From the NCBI GenBank assembly GCA_037200965.1, contig JBBCGK010000001.1, forward strand, positions 800,001-864,000: 64,000 nt of DNA, read 5' to 3'. Both the position numbers and the translations under genes were made by a program. The DNA is from a bacterium (GTDB lineage Bacteria; Patescibacteriota; Minisyncoccia; Phycocordibacterales; Phycocordibacteraceae). This document shows, piece after piece, positions 1-10,170 of this stretch; the first letter of the stretch is position 1, and every line of letters begins with the position of its first letter. The notes beneath the pieces were generated by a model. The model saw only the letters and a list, made by a program, of their open reading frames with translations. It made no database searches and had not been told where the DNA came from.

Positions 1-343
1 ACCTCCATGAGTTTCTCCCGCGCTATCTTCTCGCGCTCCTTTCGGCCCATGCCTTCCATTTTGAGCCCGTATGCGACGTTTTCGAGGGCCGTGAGCCAGG
101 GGAAGAGCGCGTAGTTCTGGAATACCATCGCCGGCTTCTTGAAGTCGCGCGCGATCTCGCCTTCGCGTACCGGAATGAGGCCGAGGATGGCGCGAAGCAG
201 GGTCGATTTGCCCGCGCCCGAAGGCCCCGAGATCGAAACAAAGGAGCCCTTCTTCAAGAAGAATGAGATATTCCTGAGGACATCACCGTGCGCGAGGTCG
301 TCGTGGAAGCCGATGCTGACGTCTTTGAGCGCGAGGGTGTTCA
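1..343 (-). CDS. ABC transporter ATP-binding protein, NitT/TauT-like; C-terminal part lies beyond the window edge
   Basis: Manual minus-strand translation from ATG at 343-341 gives MNTLALKDVSIGF...SGPSGAGKSTLLRAILG (Walker A)...MVFQNYALFPWLTALENV. Absent from the ORF track because it leaves the window. Confidence 0.8.
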
Positions 344-345
344 TA

Positions 346-1095
346 TCATTCGCTGTAGTGTTTGGAGCTTTCGGCGAGAAGCGGAGCCCAGATAAGGCGG
401 TTCAGCATGAAGACGAGGACGAGTATCGCGAGCGTTCCGGCGACCGTCGTCTGGCTTATGCCTTCCGTCCCGGCGGTCTTTATGAACGCGCCGAACCCGG
501 TCGTGTCCGCGATGATCTCGGCACCGATGACCGCCTCCCAGCCGATCGCGATGCCGACGATGGAGCCCGTGAGGATGGCGGGGAAAGAGAGCGGGGCGAG
601 ATAGTAGCAGATGCGGCGCCAGCCGTTCGCGCCGAAGATGGTCGCGGCGTCGTTTAAGTCGGCGTGTACGGTGCGTATCGCGGTCAGGGTCGAGAAGAGG
701 ATCGGCCACACGATCGAACTCACGGCGAACAGTATGATCATCTCGTCCGTGAAGCCGAAGAAGTAGATGAAGATGGGGATGAGCGCGAAGGACGGCACAT
801 TCTGGAGGACGTCGAAGAGGGGAAAGAGGAAGTCACTGAAGCGGCTCCAGCCTACAAGGAGCCCAAGCGCCGCCCCGAGCGCGAGCGCTATGACGTACGC
901 GAGCGCGAGGCGGTACGTGGATCGTACGAGCGCTATGGCAAGCGTTGCCCAGTCTACGTTTGCGAAGTATCCGAAGACGCCGAATCCGATCGCGACGACC
1001 GCTATCGCGCCCACGATCGCCCATGCATGCCGGGCGTGCTTCGTGTGCGCCCGGTGTATGGCTTTCGTTGCCGGGTGCGCGAGGCTTCGTATCAT
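346..1095 (-). CDS. ABC transporter permease (binding-protein-dependent inner membrane component, NitT/TauT/SsuC-like)
   Basis: 249 aa with multiple hydrophobic helices and a permease signature region (IAIGWEAVIGAEII). The ATPase follows immediately downstream on the same strand. Confidence 0.8.
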   Translation of the reverse strand: MIRSLAHPATKAIHRAHTKHARHAWAIVGAIAVVAIGFGVFGYFANVDWATLAIALVRSTYRLALAYVIALALGAALGLLVGWSRFSDFLFPLFDVLQNVPSFALIPIFIYFFGFTDEMIILFAVSSIVWPILFSTLTAIRTVHADLNDAATIFGANGWRRICYYLAPLSFPAILTGSIVGIAIGWEAVIGAEIIADTTGFGAFIKTAGTEGISQTTVAGTLAILVLVFMLNRLIWAPLLAESSKHYSE

Positions 1096-1168
1096 ACCTC
1101 CAGTTTACCGCGCTTAAGGTTGAATTACCGCCCGTTTTCCAGTATCGTCACCGAGTGCGGTATCATAT

Positions 1169-1242
1169 TGCCAGATCGTCTAAAGGTAGGACTCGAGACT
1201 CTGAATCTCGCTATCTAGGTTCGAATCCTAGTCTGGCAGCCA
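1169..1242 (+). tRNA. tRNA-Gln (anticodon CUG)
   Basis: 74-nt cloverleaf folded by hand. Acceptor TGCCAGA/TCTGGCA, D-stem GTCT/GGAC, anticodon stem CGAGA/TCTCG with loop CTCTGAA (U33, CUG, A37), T-arm CTAGG-TTCGAAT-CCTAG, discriminator G, encoded CCA. Confidence 0.8.
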
Positions 1243-1398
1243 ATTTGAACTCTAAGCCTCCAGCCTTCAATATGAATGACGGAAAGCTTCAAACGGTTTT
1301 AAAAGGCGGTGCATCAAGGCAGGACTGAAAAGTCTCTAAAAGAAAACTTTAACGTGCACAACCTCCTCGAAAGAGGACGGAAAAGTAAGGGCAAGGCA

Positions 1399-3291
1399 AT
1401 GAAAATGGATATGAACAAACAAAGCTCAAACAATAAAAAAGTACACCTCACCTCCGCCAATCTCTCCGAGGAGAAGCTGTTTGAGCTACGCCGCATCCTT
1501 CCCGAAGCGTTCAGCGAAAACAAGATTGACTGGGAGAAGCTCCGCACCGTTCTTGGTGACGCAGTAGACGCCCATATCGAGAAGTTCGGCTTTACCTGGG
1601 CAGGAAAAAGCAACGCTATCAAGAATGTTTTGATACCAAGCAAAGCCACACTCAACCCCGCTCCCGACGAGAGCGTGAAGTTCGATGAAAGCGAGAATCT
1701 CTTTATCGAAGGCGACAACCTCGAAGTCTTGAAGCTCTTGCAAAAAGCGTACTTCGAGAAGGTGAAGATGATTTATATAGACCCGCCATACAACACGGGC
1801 GGCGACTTCGTGTATAAGGACAACTTTGCCGCACCGCTCGACAACTATCTCAAGCAGACCGGCCAGAAGAACGGCAACGGCGAGCATCTCACAACCAACA
1901 AGGAGACCAACGGCCGCTTCCACAGCGACTGGCTTTCAATGATGTACCCACGCCTCAAGCTCGCGTGGAATCTTTTGCGTGATGATGGAGTGATATTTGT
2001 TTCGATTGACGATAACGAAGTGCATCATTTGCGAATACTAATGAATGAGATTTTTGGTGAGGAAAACTTCATCACTAATTTTGTTTGGCACTCTAGTACA
2101 GGTGGTGGTATCAGAAGCAAGTTTGCAAACCAGTCTCATCAATACGTTCTATGCTATGCAAAGAGTGTAGAAGACGTTGAGATGTTCTATGCGCCTCTTT
2201 CTGAAGATGCGAAGAAGCAATATAAGAAAGAGGATGAAAAAGGAGTCTATCGGGAGAAGGATTTTGCTTGGAAAAACTCATCGTGGGGAGCAAATCAAAA
2301 ATACTTCATCGAGTGTCCTGATGGTGAAAAAGCGAGACCAAAGGACGGGTATCTTTACCGCTTCATCGAACCAACTTTCAAGGAGAGTCTGGCAAATAAT
2401 ATGGTTGTCTTCAAAGAAGCAAGAAATAGTCCACTGGTAAATGAAAAAGGCGAGCAATCAAAATGGAACATCTATATCAAAAAGTATTTAGGTGATGGGA
2501 CAGGTGCTCCTTCATCAGTCATTCCGCGAGATTTAGTAGGAATCAATAATGAAGGCACTACAGAACTCAATGAACTGTTTGGTTCGAGTTTGTTTGAAAG
2601 CCCGAAGAATGTCCGGCTTTTGACATACCTACTCTCGTTAGCAGATAGCGATGATGGCGACATAATCCTCGATTTCTTTGCTGGCTCTGGTAGCACCTCT
2701 CACGCAGTGATGGCTCTGAACCAAAAGGATGGAATCAATAGAAAGTGGATTGTGGTTCAACTTCCAGAAAAGACTGACACGGATAGTGCCGCGTACAAAG
2801 CTGGATACAAAACCATTGCTGAACTTTCTGTAGAACGCATACGTCGCGCCGCGAAAAAGCTGGATGTCCAAGACGGCTTCAAGGTATTTAGACTGGCAGC
2901 ATCAAACTACCCAGAGAATACTTTTGAGTTCGACCCAGACAAGGCCGAGGAAGAGAACAAGGCGGCCTTCGAGGATTATTTGAAGCAAGCAAAGCGCGCC
3001 AAGCTTATTGACGACCTAGACGAGACGAGCGTCATCTACGAAAACATCGTCAAGGAAGGATTCTCGCTCAACTCCAAGATTCAGGAAGGCGTGCCAGGAA
3101 ACAACAAGGTCTACACCATCACCGACGGCGACCGGCAGTTTTCTATCTGCCTCGACCGTTCGATTGATGACACGACCGTAAAGAACATCACGGAGTGGGC
3201 TAAAGGAGCGACCTTTATCTGCTTCGATAATGCGCTCTCTGACAGCCAGAAAGCAAACCTCGGCCTCCACGTGGAGCTGAAAACGATATAA
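1399..3291 (+). CDS. mod: Type III restriction-modification methyltransferase (Mod, N6-adenine beta-class)
   Basis: DPPY motif (IYIDPPYNTGGDF) precedes the FxGxG SAM motif (LDFFAGSGSTSHAV). About 630 aa, directly upstream of res. ATG at 1399 has an AAGG RBS; the ORF is open from 1309. Confidence 0.85.
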   Translation: MKMDMNKQSSNNKKVHLTSANLSEEKLFELRRILPEAFSENKIDWEKLRTVLGDAVDAHIEKFGFTWAGKSNAIKNVLIPSKATLNPAPDESVKFDESENLFIEGDNLEVLKLLQKAYFEKVKMIYIDPPYNTGGDFVYKDNFAAPLDNYLKQTGQKNGNGEHLTTNKETNGRFHSDWLSMMYPRLKLAWNLLRDDGVIFVSIDDNEVHHLRILMNEIFGEENFITNFVWHSSTGGGIRSKFANQSHQYVLCYAKSVEDVEMFYAPLSEDAKKQYKKEDEKGVYREKDFAWKNSSWGANQKYFIECPDGEKARPKDGYLYRFIEPTFKESLANNMVVFKEARNSPLVNEKGEQSKWNIYIKKYLGDGTGAPSSVIPRDLVGINNEGTTELNELFGSSLFESPKNVRLLTYLLSLADSDDGDIILDFFAGSGSTSHAVMALNQKDGINRKWIVVQLPEKTDTDSAAYKAGYKTIAELSVERIRRAAKKLDVQDGFKVFRLAASNYPENTFEFDPDKAEEENKAAFEDYLKQAKRAKLIDDLDETSVIYENIVKEGFSLNSKIQEGVPGNNKVYTITDGDRQFSICLDRSIDDTTVKNITEWAKGATFICFDNALSDSQKANLGLHVELKTI

Positions 3292-3293
3292 CT

Positions 3294-5924
3294 ATGAAGT
3301 TCAAGTTTGACGCAAACCAAGATTTTCAAATAAACGCAGTCAACGCCATCGTTGGCGTCTTTGAAGGTCAGCCGAAGCGTCAAAGTGTGGTAGTAAATGT
3401 GCCCGCACTTTCCGTTTCCGGCTCATTGCCGCTCCAAACTACATACGGCATCTATCCGAACGAGCTGACGCTTTCCGACGAGGAGGTGTTTGCCAACGTC
3501 TGGAAGATTCAAGAGCAAAACAAAATCGGCAATGGCGGCACGGTTGAGGAGTACGACTTTTCTATCGAGATGGAGACGGGTACGGGTAAGACGTATGTGT
3601 ACCTTCGTACCGTCTTTGAACTCAACAAGCAATACGGATGGAAGAAGTTTATCGTTCTCGTGCCGTCCGTCGCCATCCGCGAGGGCGTCATCAAGACGCT
3701 CCAAATCACCAAAGACCACTTCGCCGAGCTGTACGACAACGTGCCGTACCGCTTCTACGAGTACCAGTCCAAGAACATCTCGCAGGTGAAGCGCTTTGCG
3801 GAATCCAGCAACCTGGAGATTATGGTGATGACGGTAGGTGCGTTCAACAAGGACGCGAACGTGCTCTATGCCGCCCGCGACCAGATGCAGGGCGAGCAGC
3901 CTATCAGCTACATCCAGCGCAGCAACCCCGTCCTCATCCTCGACGAGCCGCAGAATATGGAAGGTGAAGCGACGAAGGAGGCGCTCAAGAACTTCAACGC
4001 GCTTGCACGCCTGCGATACTCCGCGACGCATCGCAATCCGTACAACCTCATGTACCAGCTCACGCCGTTCGATGCGTATCAGCTCGGCCTCGTAAAGAAG
4101 ATTGAGGTGTATTCCGTTACGGATGACGACACCGGCATCTCGCGCCCGTCGCTCAACCTCATCTCCGTTGAATCCGGCAAGGCGCTCAAGGCAAAGTTAG
4201 AGGCCATCGTGAAAGATGCCGACGGCGCATTGAAGCGCAAGAAGCTCACCGTCAAACAGAACGACGACCTCGCGCAGAAGACCGGCAACGACGTATACGC
4301 CGGCTATATCGTGGACGAGCTTGACGCCGATGCGCCAGACCTCGGGCAGATTGGTAGGATTCGCTTTCGCAACAACGTGGAGATTCGCCAGGGTGAAGGC
4401 GTAGCAAACAACAACGAGCAAGTGATGCGCGAGCAGATTGAGCAGACCATCCGCCGCCACTTCGAGAAACGCAACCAGCTCCGCGATATGGGCATCAAGG
4501 TGCTCTCCCTCTTTTTCATAGACAAGGTAGACAACTACGTTCAATCAGACGGGTTTATCCGCTCTGCGTTCATAGCCGAGTTCAATCGCCTCAAGAAAGA
4601 CTATGGCGCTGACGGCATGGACGTGGATACCGTCCACAAGGGATATTTCGCCAAGCGCGGCGAGGAGTATTTGGAGCGAGAGTCCAGCATCGCCGAGAAC
4701 CAGGAAGCATACGAGCTGATTATGAAGGACAAGGAGCGCCTGCTTTCCTTCGATGAGCCGACGGAGTTCATCTTCTCGCACTCCGCACTCAAGGAAGGAT
4801 GGGACAACCCAAACATTTTCAATATCTGCACCCTGCGCGAGACCGTTTCAGTCATCCGCAAGCGCCAGGAGATTGGCCGAGGTATGCGCCTCTGCGTCAA
4901 TCAGGACGGAGAGCGTATTTTCTTGCGCAGCGTCAACCTGCTCTCCGTGATTGCAAACGAGAGCTATACGGAATACGTCTCATCGCTCCAGGGCGAATAC
5001 GAGGAGGACGGTATCTACAAGTCTGCGCCGTTGCCGAACAATGCCAAGCGAAAGACCACGGTGAAGCTCAAGAAAGATTTTGATAAGGACACGGACTTTG
5101 CTGGTATCTGGGAACGCATCTCGAAGAAGACCCGCTATGTCGTGCAGGTTGATAGCGAGCGCGTCATCGAAGCGTCCGCAAAGCAGATTGCGAAGCTCCA
5201 TCTCGCAAAGCCCAAGATGCGCGTCGAGCGCGCGGGCGTGAACATCGCGGCCGAAGGCATCACCGCAAACATCGTAGGCACCCGTGCCGAGGATTTGAGC
5301 CAGACCAAACGCACCATTGACCCTATCGAACTCATCAAAAACGAGACCAAGCTGACGCGCCACACGGTCGCGGAGATTTTGGCGAAAGCGGACAATACCG
5401 ACTCCTTCCTCAAGAATCCCGAACGCTTCTGCTTCGAGGCAACGCGCATCATCAAGGCCGAGCTGGTGAAGGATTACGTTTCCCAGATTCGCTATGAGGT
5501 ACTGCCGGAGCAGTATGACCTCAAGCAGTTCGAGGACATCCCGAGCTACAAGGACGCGACGCACAAGGTGAACAACTCCATCTACGACGCCATCGTGTAT
5601 GACTCCGACGTGGAGAAGAACTTTGCCGTCGCCCTCGATGCCGACGAGCGCGTGAAGCTCTTTATCAAGATGCCCAACTGGTTCAAGGTGAACACGCCTA
5701 TCGGCGGCTACAACCCCGACTGGGCAATCGTTACGGCCAAGCGAGACCTCCAGGGCAATGAGGAGAAGGAGCGCGTGTATTTCGTGATTGAGACGAAGGG
5801 CGACATCTCCAACATGCGCGAGAGCGAAGGACAAAAGATTGCTTCCGCCAAAAAGCACTTTGAAGTCATCGAGGTGAACTACAAGGAGGTCGAGAATTAT
5901 GGACAGTTTGCTGAACAACTATGA
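3294..5924 (+). CDS. res: Type III restriction endonuclease Res subunit (SF2 helicase plus C-terminal PD-(D/E)xK nuclease)
   Basis: Walker A METGTGKTYV, DExx-like ILDEPQN, C-terminal VIETKGD nuclease motif. 876 aa, 3 nt after mod. Confidence 0.85.
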   Translation: MKFKFDANQDFQINAVNAIVGVFEGQPKRQSVVVNVPALSVSGSLPLQTTYGIYPNELTLSDEEVFANVWKIQEQNKIGNGGTVEEYDFSIEMETGTGKTYVYLRTVFELNKQYGWKKFIVLVPSVAIREGVIKTLQITKDHFAELYDNVPYRFYEYQSKNISQVKRFAESSNLEIMVMTVGAFNKDANVLYAARDQMQGEQPISYIQRSNPVLILDEPQNMEGEATKEALKNFNALARLRYSATHRNPYNLMYQLTPFDAYQLGLVKKIEVYSVTDDDTGISRPSLNLISVESGKALKAKLEAIVKDADGALKRKKLTVKQNDDLAQKTGNDVYAGYIVDELDADAPDLGQIGRIRFRNNVEIRQGEGVANNNEQVMREQIEQTIRRHFEKRNQLRDMGIKVLSLFFIDKVDNYVQSDGFIRSAFIAEFNRLKKDYGADGMDVDTVHKGYFAKRGEEYLERESSIAENQEAYELIMKDKERLLSFDEPTEFIFSHSALKEGWDNPNIFNICTLRETVSVIRKRQEIGRGMRLCVNQDGERIFLRSVNLLSVIANESYTEYVSSLQGEYEEDGIYKSAPLPNNAKRKTTVKLKKDFDKDTDFAGIWERISKKTRYVVQVDSERVIEASAKQIAKLHLAKPKMRVERAGVNIAAEGITANIVGTRAEDLSQTKRTIDPIELIKNETKLTRHTVAEILAKADNTDSFLKNPERFCFEATRIIKAELVKDYVSQIRYEVLPEQYDLKQFEDIPSYKDATHKVNNSIYDAIVYDSDVEKNFAVALDADERVKLFIKMPNWFKVNTPIGGYNPDWAIVTAKRDLQGNEEKERVYFVIETKGDISNMRESEGQKIASAKKHFEVIEVNYKEVENYGQFAEQL

Positions 5925-6169
5925 ACTTCTATGGAGTCTTTATCGGGATAGACAGATACGCCTCTCCAAGTATCAACATGTTCGTGGACGAAGTGGCGGC
6001 AAACCGGAAGCTCGACACCGACAAGGTTGCGGCGCTCGCTGATGGCCGCACCTACGTTGGCACGGATGCCGTGAGCAACGGGCTGATTGACGGCATCGGC
6101 AGCATCCCCGAAGCGTCCGACTATCTCACTCAACAGATTGGTGAGCAGGCGTCTGTGTGTTGGTACTAA
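5921..6169 (+). pseudogene. Fragment resembling the C-terminal region of signal peptide peptidase SppA (S49); likely gene remnant
   Basis: 82-aa ORF with ...VDEVAANRKLDTDKVAALADGRTYVGTDAVSNGLIDGIGS..., resembling the SppA C-terminal helix region; no catalytic N-terminal part present. Overlaps the res stop and the DUF2726 start. Confidence 0.4.
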
Positions 6170-6699
6170 AAATTATGAACCTCTACGTCATCGCAGCAAT
6201 CATCATCGCCCTCGTCATCGTACTCGCTATACTCAAGGCGGTTGTTGAAGGCAGTGGTGGAGACAAGGAAAAGTCGAAGTACCGCTACACTCGCAAACAG
6301 TTTTTCCTTACCCGCGCCGAGCACGAGTGCTATGACGCCCTCGTTGCAGCGGTTGGCGATAAGTATTACGTCTTCGCGCAGGTACACCTTCCGACCATTC
6401 TCGATAACAAGGTGAAGGGGCAAGATTGGCGTGCCGCGCTTGCGCACGTCAGCCGCAAGTCCGTTGACTTCGTGCTCTGCGACAAGGCATACATTTCGCC
6501 GAAGCTCGCCATTGAGCTGGACGACAAGAGCCACGAGCGACCCGACCGGCAAGAACGGGACCGAGAAGTTGAGCGTATCTTGAGTGATGCAGGACTACCG
6601 CTTCTTCGACTGGAGAATCGCGGGGCGTTCAATACTGCGGAGCTGCTACAGAGGATTGATGATGCAGTGAAAGGTTTTGGTGAAAAAACCTCCTCCTAG
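6157..6699 (+). CDS. DUF2726-like protein (restriction-endonuclease-like fold, N-terminal TM helix)
   Basis: N-terminal hydrophobic helix then FLTRAEHECYDAL...VDFVLCD core typical of DUF2726. Sits at the edge of the RM island. Confidence 0.5.
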   Translation: MLVLKIMNLYVIAAIIIALVIVLAILKAVVEGSGGDKEKSKYRYTRKQFFLTRAEHECYDALVAAVGDKYYVFAQVHLPTILDNKVKGQDWRAALAHVSRKSVDFVLCDKAYISPKLAIELDDKSHERPDRQERDREVERILSDAGLPLLRLENRGAFNTAELLQRIDDAVKGFGEKTSS

Positions 6700-7100
6700 A
6701 GAGGGCATCCCCCGCCGAAAGGTCGGAAGCAAAAAGGAAACTACCACCACCCAGATTCCATATTTTCGTAGAAAACATTGAAGATGCACGGGGTATACCC
6801 CTCTGATGTACCTCTGCGTGTCTTCTGCTACAGAATAAGCACTAGAAAGCACACAGTGCCGGATAAAGGGAACACTGGTAAAGCAAGGCCAGGCGCGCGA
6901 CAGTGCTCCTGGCCTTGTGCGGCAGTGGGGTGGCTATGCGGCTACTACCGAGAGTAATTGCTGCATCTGCTGGAGAGAAACGGTAGGATATGGGAACATC
7001 CAGCCAGTTGATAGTTCGTAGTTCCTCCCTCCAAGCCAGCCAACTTGAGGCAGGTTCGGTAGTCCGAGGTGCATCAAAATCGTCTGTTACAATTTTCGTA

Positions 7101-7634
7101 ATGAAAACCATCCTTGTCATTCGACATTCTCATTGGGATGGGCAAACAGATACTCTCAGCCTGGAAGGTATAGCTGATTGCGAAGCAAAGAAGACCACTC
7201 TTGGATCTTTTACTACAGTTATTGCCTCTCCCTTCAATCGCACGGTAGAAGCGGCTCGGCTCCTAAGTGGTAATGATCCAGTTGTCGATGACCGAGCATC
7301 TATGCTCGCCTTAACACCGGAAGAGGCTGCCTGGCTGAAGGAGGCTCGCAAGAACTCTCCGCTCGGAGTGGCGGGGGTTATTTTCGGTCGACCAGATTTT
7401 CTAGAACCAGTAAAAGTCGCTGGAGAAAAGTGTCTTTCGCTTATAGAAGAGACGCTCGAAAAGTTACCTCTTGATGGGAGAGCACTTATTGTCTCGCATG
7501 ACGGGACTATGGTTGCAGTCGAGAAGTTACTCAAAAATGAACCGTTTTCTGGTCCGTTAGACCATACCTACGGAAACCTTGAAGGATTTGAGGTTGATGC
7601 TAACCTTAAATTCACTAAGCTCGCCTTCACATGA
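7101..7634 (+). CDS. Histidine phosphatase family protein (phosphoglycerate-mutase-like)
   Basis: N-terminal LVIRHSHW (RHG motif), C-terminal SHDG. Start moved to ATG 7101 inside the ORF open from 6990. Confidence 0.6.
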   Translation: MKTILVIRHSHWDGQTDTLSLEGIADCEAKKTTLGSFTTVIASPFNRTVEAARLLSGNDPVVDDRASMLALTPEEAAWLKEARKNSPLGVAGVIFGRPDFLEPVKVAGEKCLSLIEETLEKLPLDGRALIVSHDGTMVAVEKLLKNEPFSGPLDHTYGNLEGFEVDANLKFTKLAFT

Positions 7635-8608
7635 TCGTCCCTGCAAAAGAACTCCTAGATTTTGCCTACAAGAAATTCTCTGTGGGTGCCTATAACATCC
7701 ACAACCTCGAGCAGTTGATGGGACTCCTCTATGGAAGCCAAAAATCAAACGCGCCCTTTATCGTTCAGGCGTACCCGAGCACCCTCAACTACACGGACGC
7801 TAGCATGCTCGAAGCCCTTTTCCATGAGGCAGACAAGCTTTTTCCTGACCTGATTTTTGCCGTCAGTATTGATCATGGCGATGAAGCTACATGTATGAGA
7901 GCTATTGATTCGGGAGCGTACTCACACGTGATGATAGACGCTTCAATGGAAACCTTTGAGAAGAATATCGAGATTACGAAACGTGTCGTCGATCATGCGC
8001 ATTCTCGCGGCGTATCCGTGGAAGGTATGGTAGGAAAACTCGGTGGTCTGGAAAAGCACATGAAAGTTCTCGACGTATCCGAAGTGCAATTGACCACCGT
8101 TGAACAGGCACGAGAGTTTGCGGAGAGAACTGGCTGCGACAGTCTTGCTGTGTCTATCGGTACACTACATGGTGCTAACAAGGCTCCAGACGGCATACCT
8201 CGAAAGGTAGACCTCGATCGTCTCAAGGAAATAGGTGAAGCGCTCGAAGGTACTCCACTTGTTATGCACGGTTCGTCCTGCCTGCCACAGGAGGAAGTAA
8301 GACGGGTAGACGCCGCAGGAGGAAAGCTTGAACGCGTCGGAGGAATGGATGAAACACAGCAAAGTGAGGTACATAAACTTGGAGTTGCTCAGATAAATGT
8401 AAACAGCGATGGCCTTCTTATCTGGACGCGCTCGATCAGAGAATATCTGAGGGACTATCCAGGCGTGATTGATTTACGTGAGTCGGGCAAGGCTTTTATG
8501 CAGGAGTATGCGAGTTTCATAGCTCACAAGAATGATGTGTTCGGCTCATCCGGCAAACTTGATGCGTTGACAGAACACTACGAAACCCCATGGACATTAA
8601 TGAACTAG
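7631..8608 (+). CDS. Class II ketose-bisphosphate aldolase (fructose/tagatose-bisphosphate aldolase family)
   Basis: GAYNIHNLE, SIDHGDE, VMIDASMETFEKNI, GKLGGLE and HGSS motifs in class II FBA order. Confidence 0.8.
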   Translation: MIVPAKELLDFAYKKFSVGAYNIHNLEQLMGLLYGSQKSNAPFIVQAYPSTLNYTDASMLEALFHEADKLFPDLIFAVSIDHGDEATCMRAIDSGAYSHVMIDASMETFEKNIEITKRVVDHAHSRGVSVEGMVGKLGGLEKHMKVLDVSEVQLTTVEQAREFAERTGCDSLAVSIGTLHGANKAPDGIPRKVDLDRLKEIGEALEGTPLVMHGSSCLPQEEVRRVDAAGGKLERVGGMDETQQSEVHKLGVAQINVNSDGLLIWTRSIREYLRDYPGVIDLRESGKAFMQEYASFIAHKNDVFGSSGKLDALTEHYETPWTLMN

Positions 8609-9348
8609 AAAAAATCGATACGACCGTTATCAGCGACCTAATCGTCTCGCGTCTTCCATTGCCACTGCAAACATCACAAAAAGAGAATTTACTCTCGCCC
8701 AAGCCTCAAGCGTTACAAGACGTCATTGCTGATATCGAAAAGATAGAACATGAATGGAAGCTTGATACTGCTGACGAAGGTCACACTTACGGACGTAAGC
8801 ATGCTGGTGAGACTATTCAACTTTGGTCTGTGCCGCCTAAGAGTGCGCAAGTACTGGAGAATCTCGTTGTACTTACGGGCGCTAAGACCATTCTTGAAAT
8901 AGGAACCTCAGCAGGATACGCTGCGCTTTTCTTAGCTCATGGTGCCAAAGCAAATGGCGGACATGTTTATACGATCGAGCTTCTTAAGGAGAAAGCTGAC
9001 CTTGCTCGGGGTAATTTTGATAAGTCTGGCCTTGATAACATCACGCTTATAGAAGATGAGGCGTCAAAAGTCTTGAGCGCTTGGGATAATGGGAAAATAG
9101 ACTTTGTTTTTCTCGATGCCGATAAGGAAAACTACGGAAAATATTTTGACCAACTTGTACCACTTATGAATATTAGTGGTCTTATCGTAGCTGATAACGT
9201 GAATGACTACGGTCACATGATGGAAGATTATTTGCAGAAGGTAAGTGGTACGCATCTTCCAAAGACGAGAACTGATCACAGGGTTAAGAGCTATTACCTA
9301 GCAATGCTTGAAAATGGGTTGATGGTTACTCAGAAGATATCTGAATAG
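8590..9348 (+). CDS. Class I SAM-dependent O-methyltransferase (family 3, caffeoyl-CoA OMT-like)
   Basis: ILEIGTSAGYAALFLA SAM motif and DFVFLDADKENY motif. Confidence 0.75.
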   Translation: MDINELEKIDTTVISDLIVSRLPLPLQTSQKENLLSPKPQALQDVIADIEKIEHEWKLDTADEGHTYGRKHAGETIQLWSVPPKSAQVLENLVVLTGAKTILEIGTSAGYAALFLAHGAKANGGHVYTIELLKEKADLARGNFDKSGLDNITLIEDEASKVLSAWDNGKIDFVFLDADKENYGKYFDQLVPLMNISGLIVADNVNDYGHMMEDYLQKVSGTHLPKTRTDHRVKSYYLAMLENGLMVTQKISE

Positions 9349-9526
9349 TTTTATTATTGAGAATTATTTTACTTTTCAAGCATCCTGAGAAATTAGGTCC
9401 AGAAGTACATATTTGGACTTCTCAAAAGGTAGTTTGGGCTCATATCTGCGACAGCCGACCTCAGCGAGAGCAGGACTAGCGTTCCAACACCGTCCCAGAC
9501 TCCCGCTCGATAAGCTTACTTTCTTC

Positions 9527-10126
9527 ATGGAGAAAATAGAGCAGCTGCGGGATGAGGTGCACAATCTATATGCCCAAAAACTTCCTGGCCGTGCTGACTG
9601 GGCTGACTGGATCTATGATAAGCATGTCGTTCTTGTTGGCAATGAAGCAAGGAAGATAGCCGAAATGTACGGAGGAAGTCCGGAGCTTGCAGAGGCTGCT
9701 GGACTTTTGCACGATGTGGCCGACGCAGTAATGAAGCGGCAGGATCCGAATCATGAAAAGGAAAGCCTGCGTATTGCACGGGAGATGCTGCAGAAGACCG
9801 GATTTGGCGACAAGGAGATAGCCATAGTGGTAGACGATGCGATCGCGAAGCATAGTTGCCATGGAGAGACTCGGCCCGTCTCTGCAGAGGGGAAGGCAAT
9901 GGCAGCGGGAGACGGTGTCGTTCATCTCACAAGTGATTTTTATAAGATTGCCGAGGCGGGGAAACTTGGTCATAAATCACCACGAGAGGTTGCAGAGTGG
10001 GCCCTGCCAAAACTAGAACGCGATTTCACCAATAAGATTGCCTATGATGATTTAAGGGAGGAGATACGGCCAGATTACGAACAACTTAGGAAACACTTTC
10101 AGGATCTAGCCTCGGCCGGGGTGTAG
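9527..10126 (+). CDS. HD-domain phosphohydrolase
   Basis: H...HD motif (LLHDVAD) with downstream metal-binding histidines. ATG 9527 preferred; the ORF is open from a TTG at 9413. Confidence 0.6.
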   Translation: MEKIEQLRDEVHNLYAQKLPGRADWADWIYDKHVVLVGNEARKIAEMYGGSPELAEAAGLLHDVADAVMKRQDPNHEKESLRIAREMLQKTGFGDKEIAIVVDDAIAKHSCHGETRPVSAEGKAMAAGDGVVHLTSDFYKIAEAGKLGHKSPREVAEWALPKLERDFTNKIAYDDLREEIRPDYEQLRKHFQDLASAGV

Positions 10127-10170
10127 AGGTCCAACTTCGTACCGGACAGCCAGCCGACAGTTTCGCCCGC

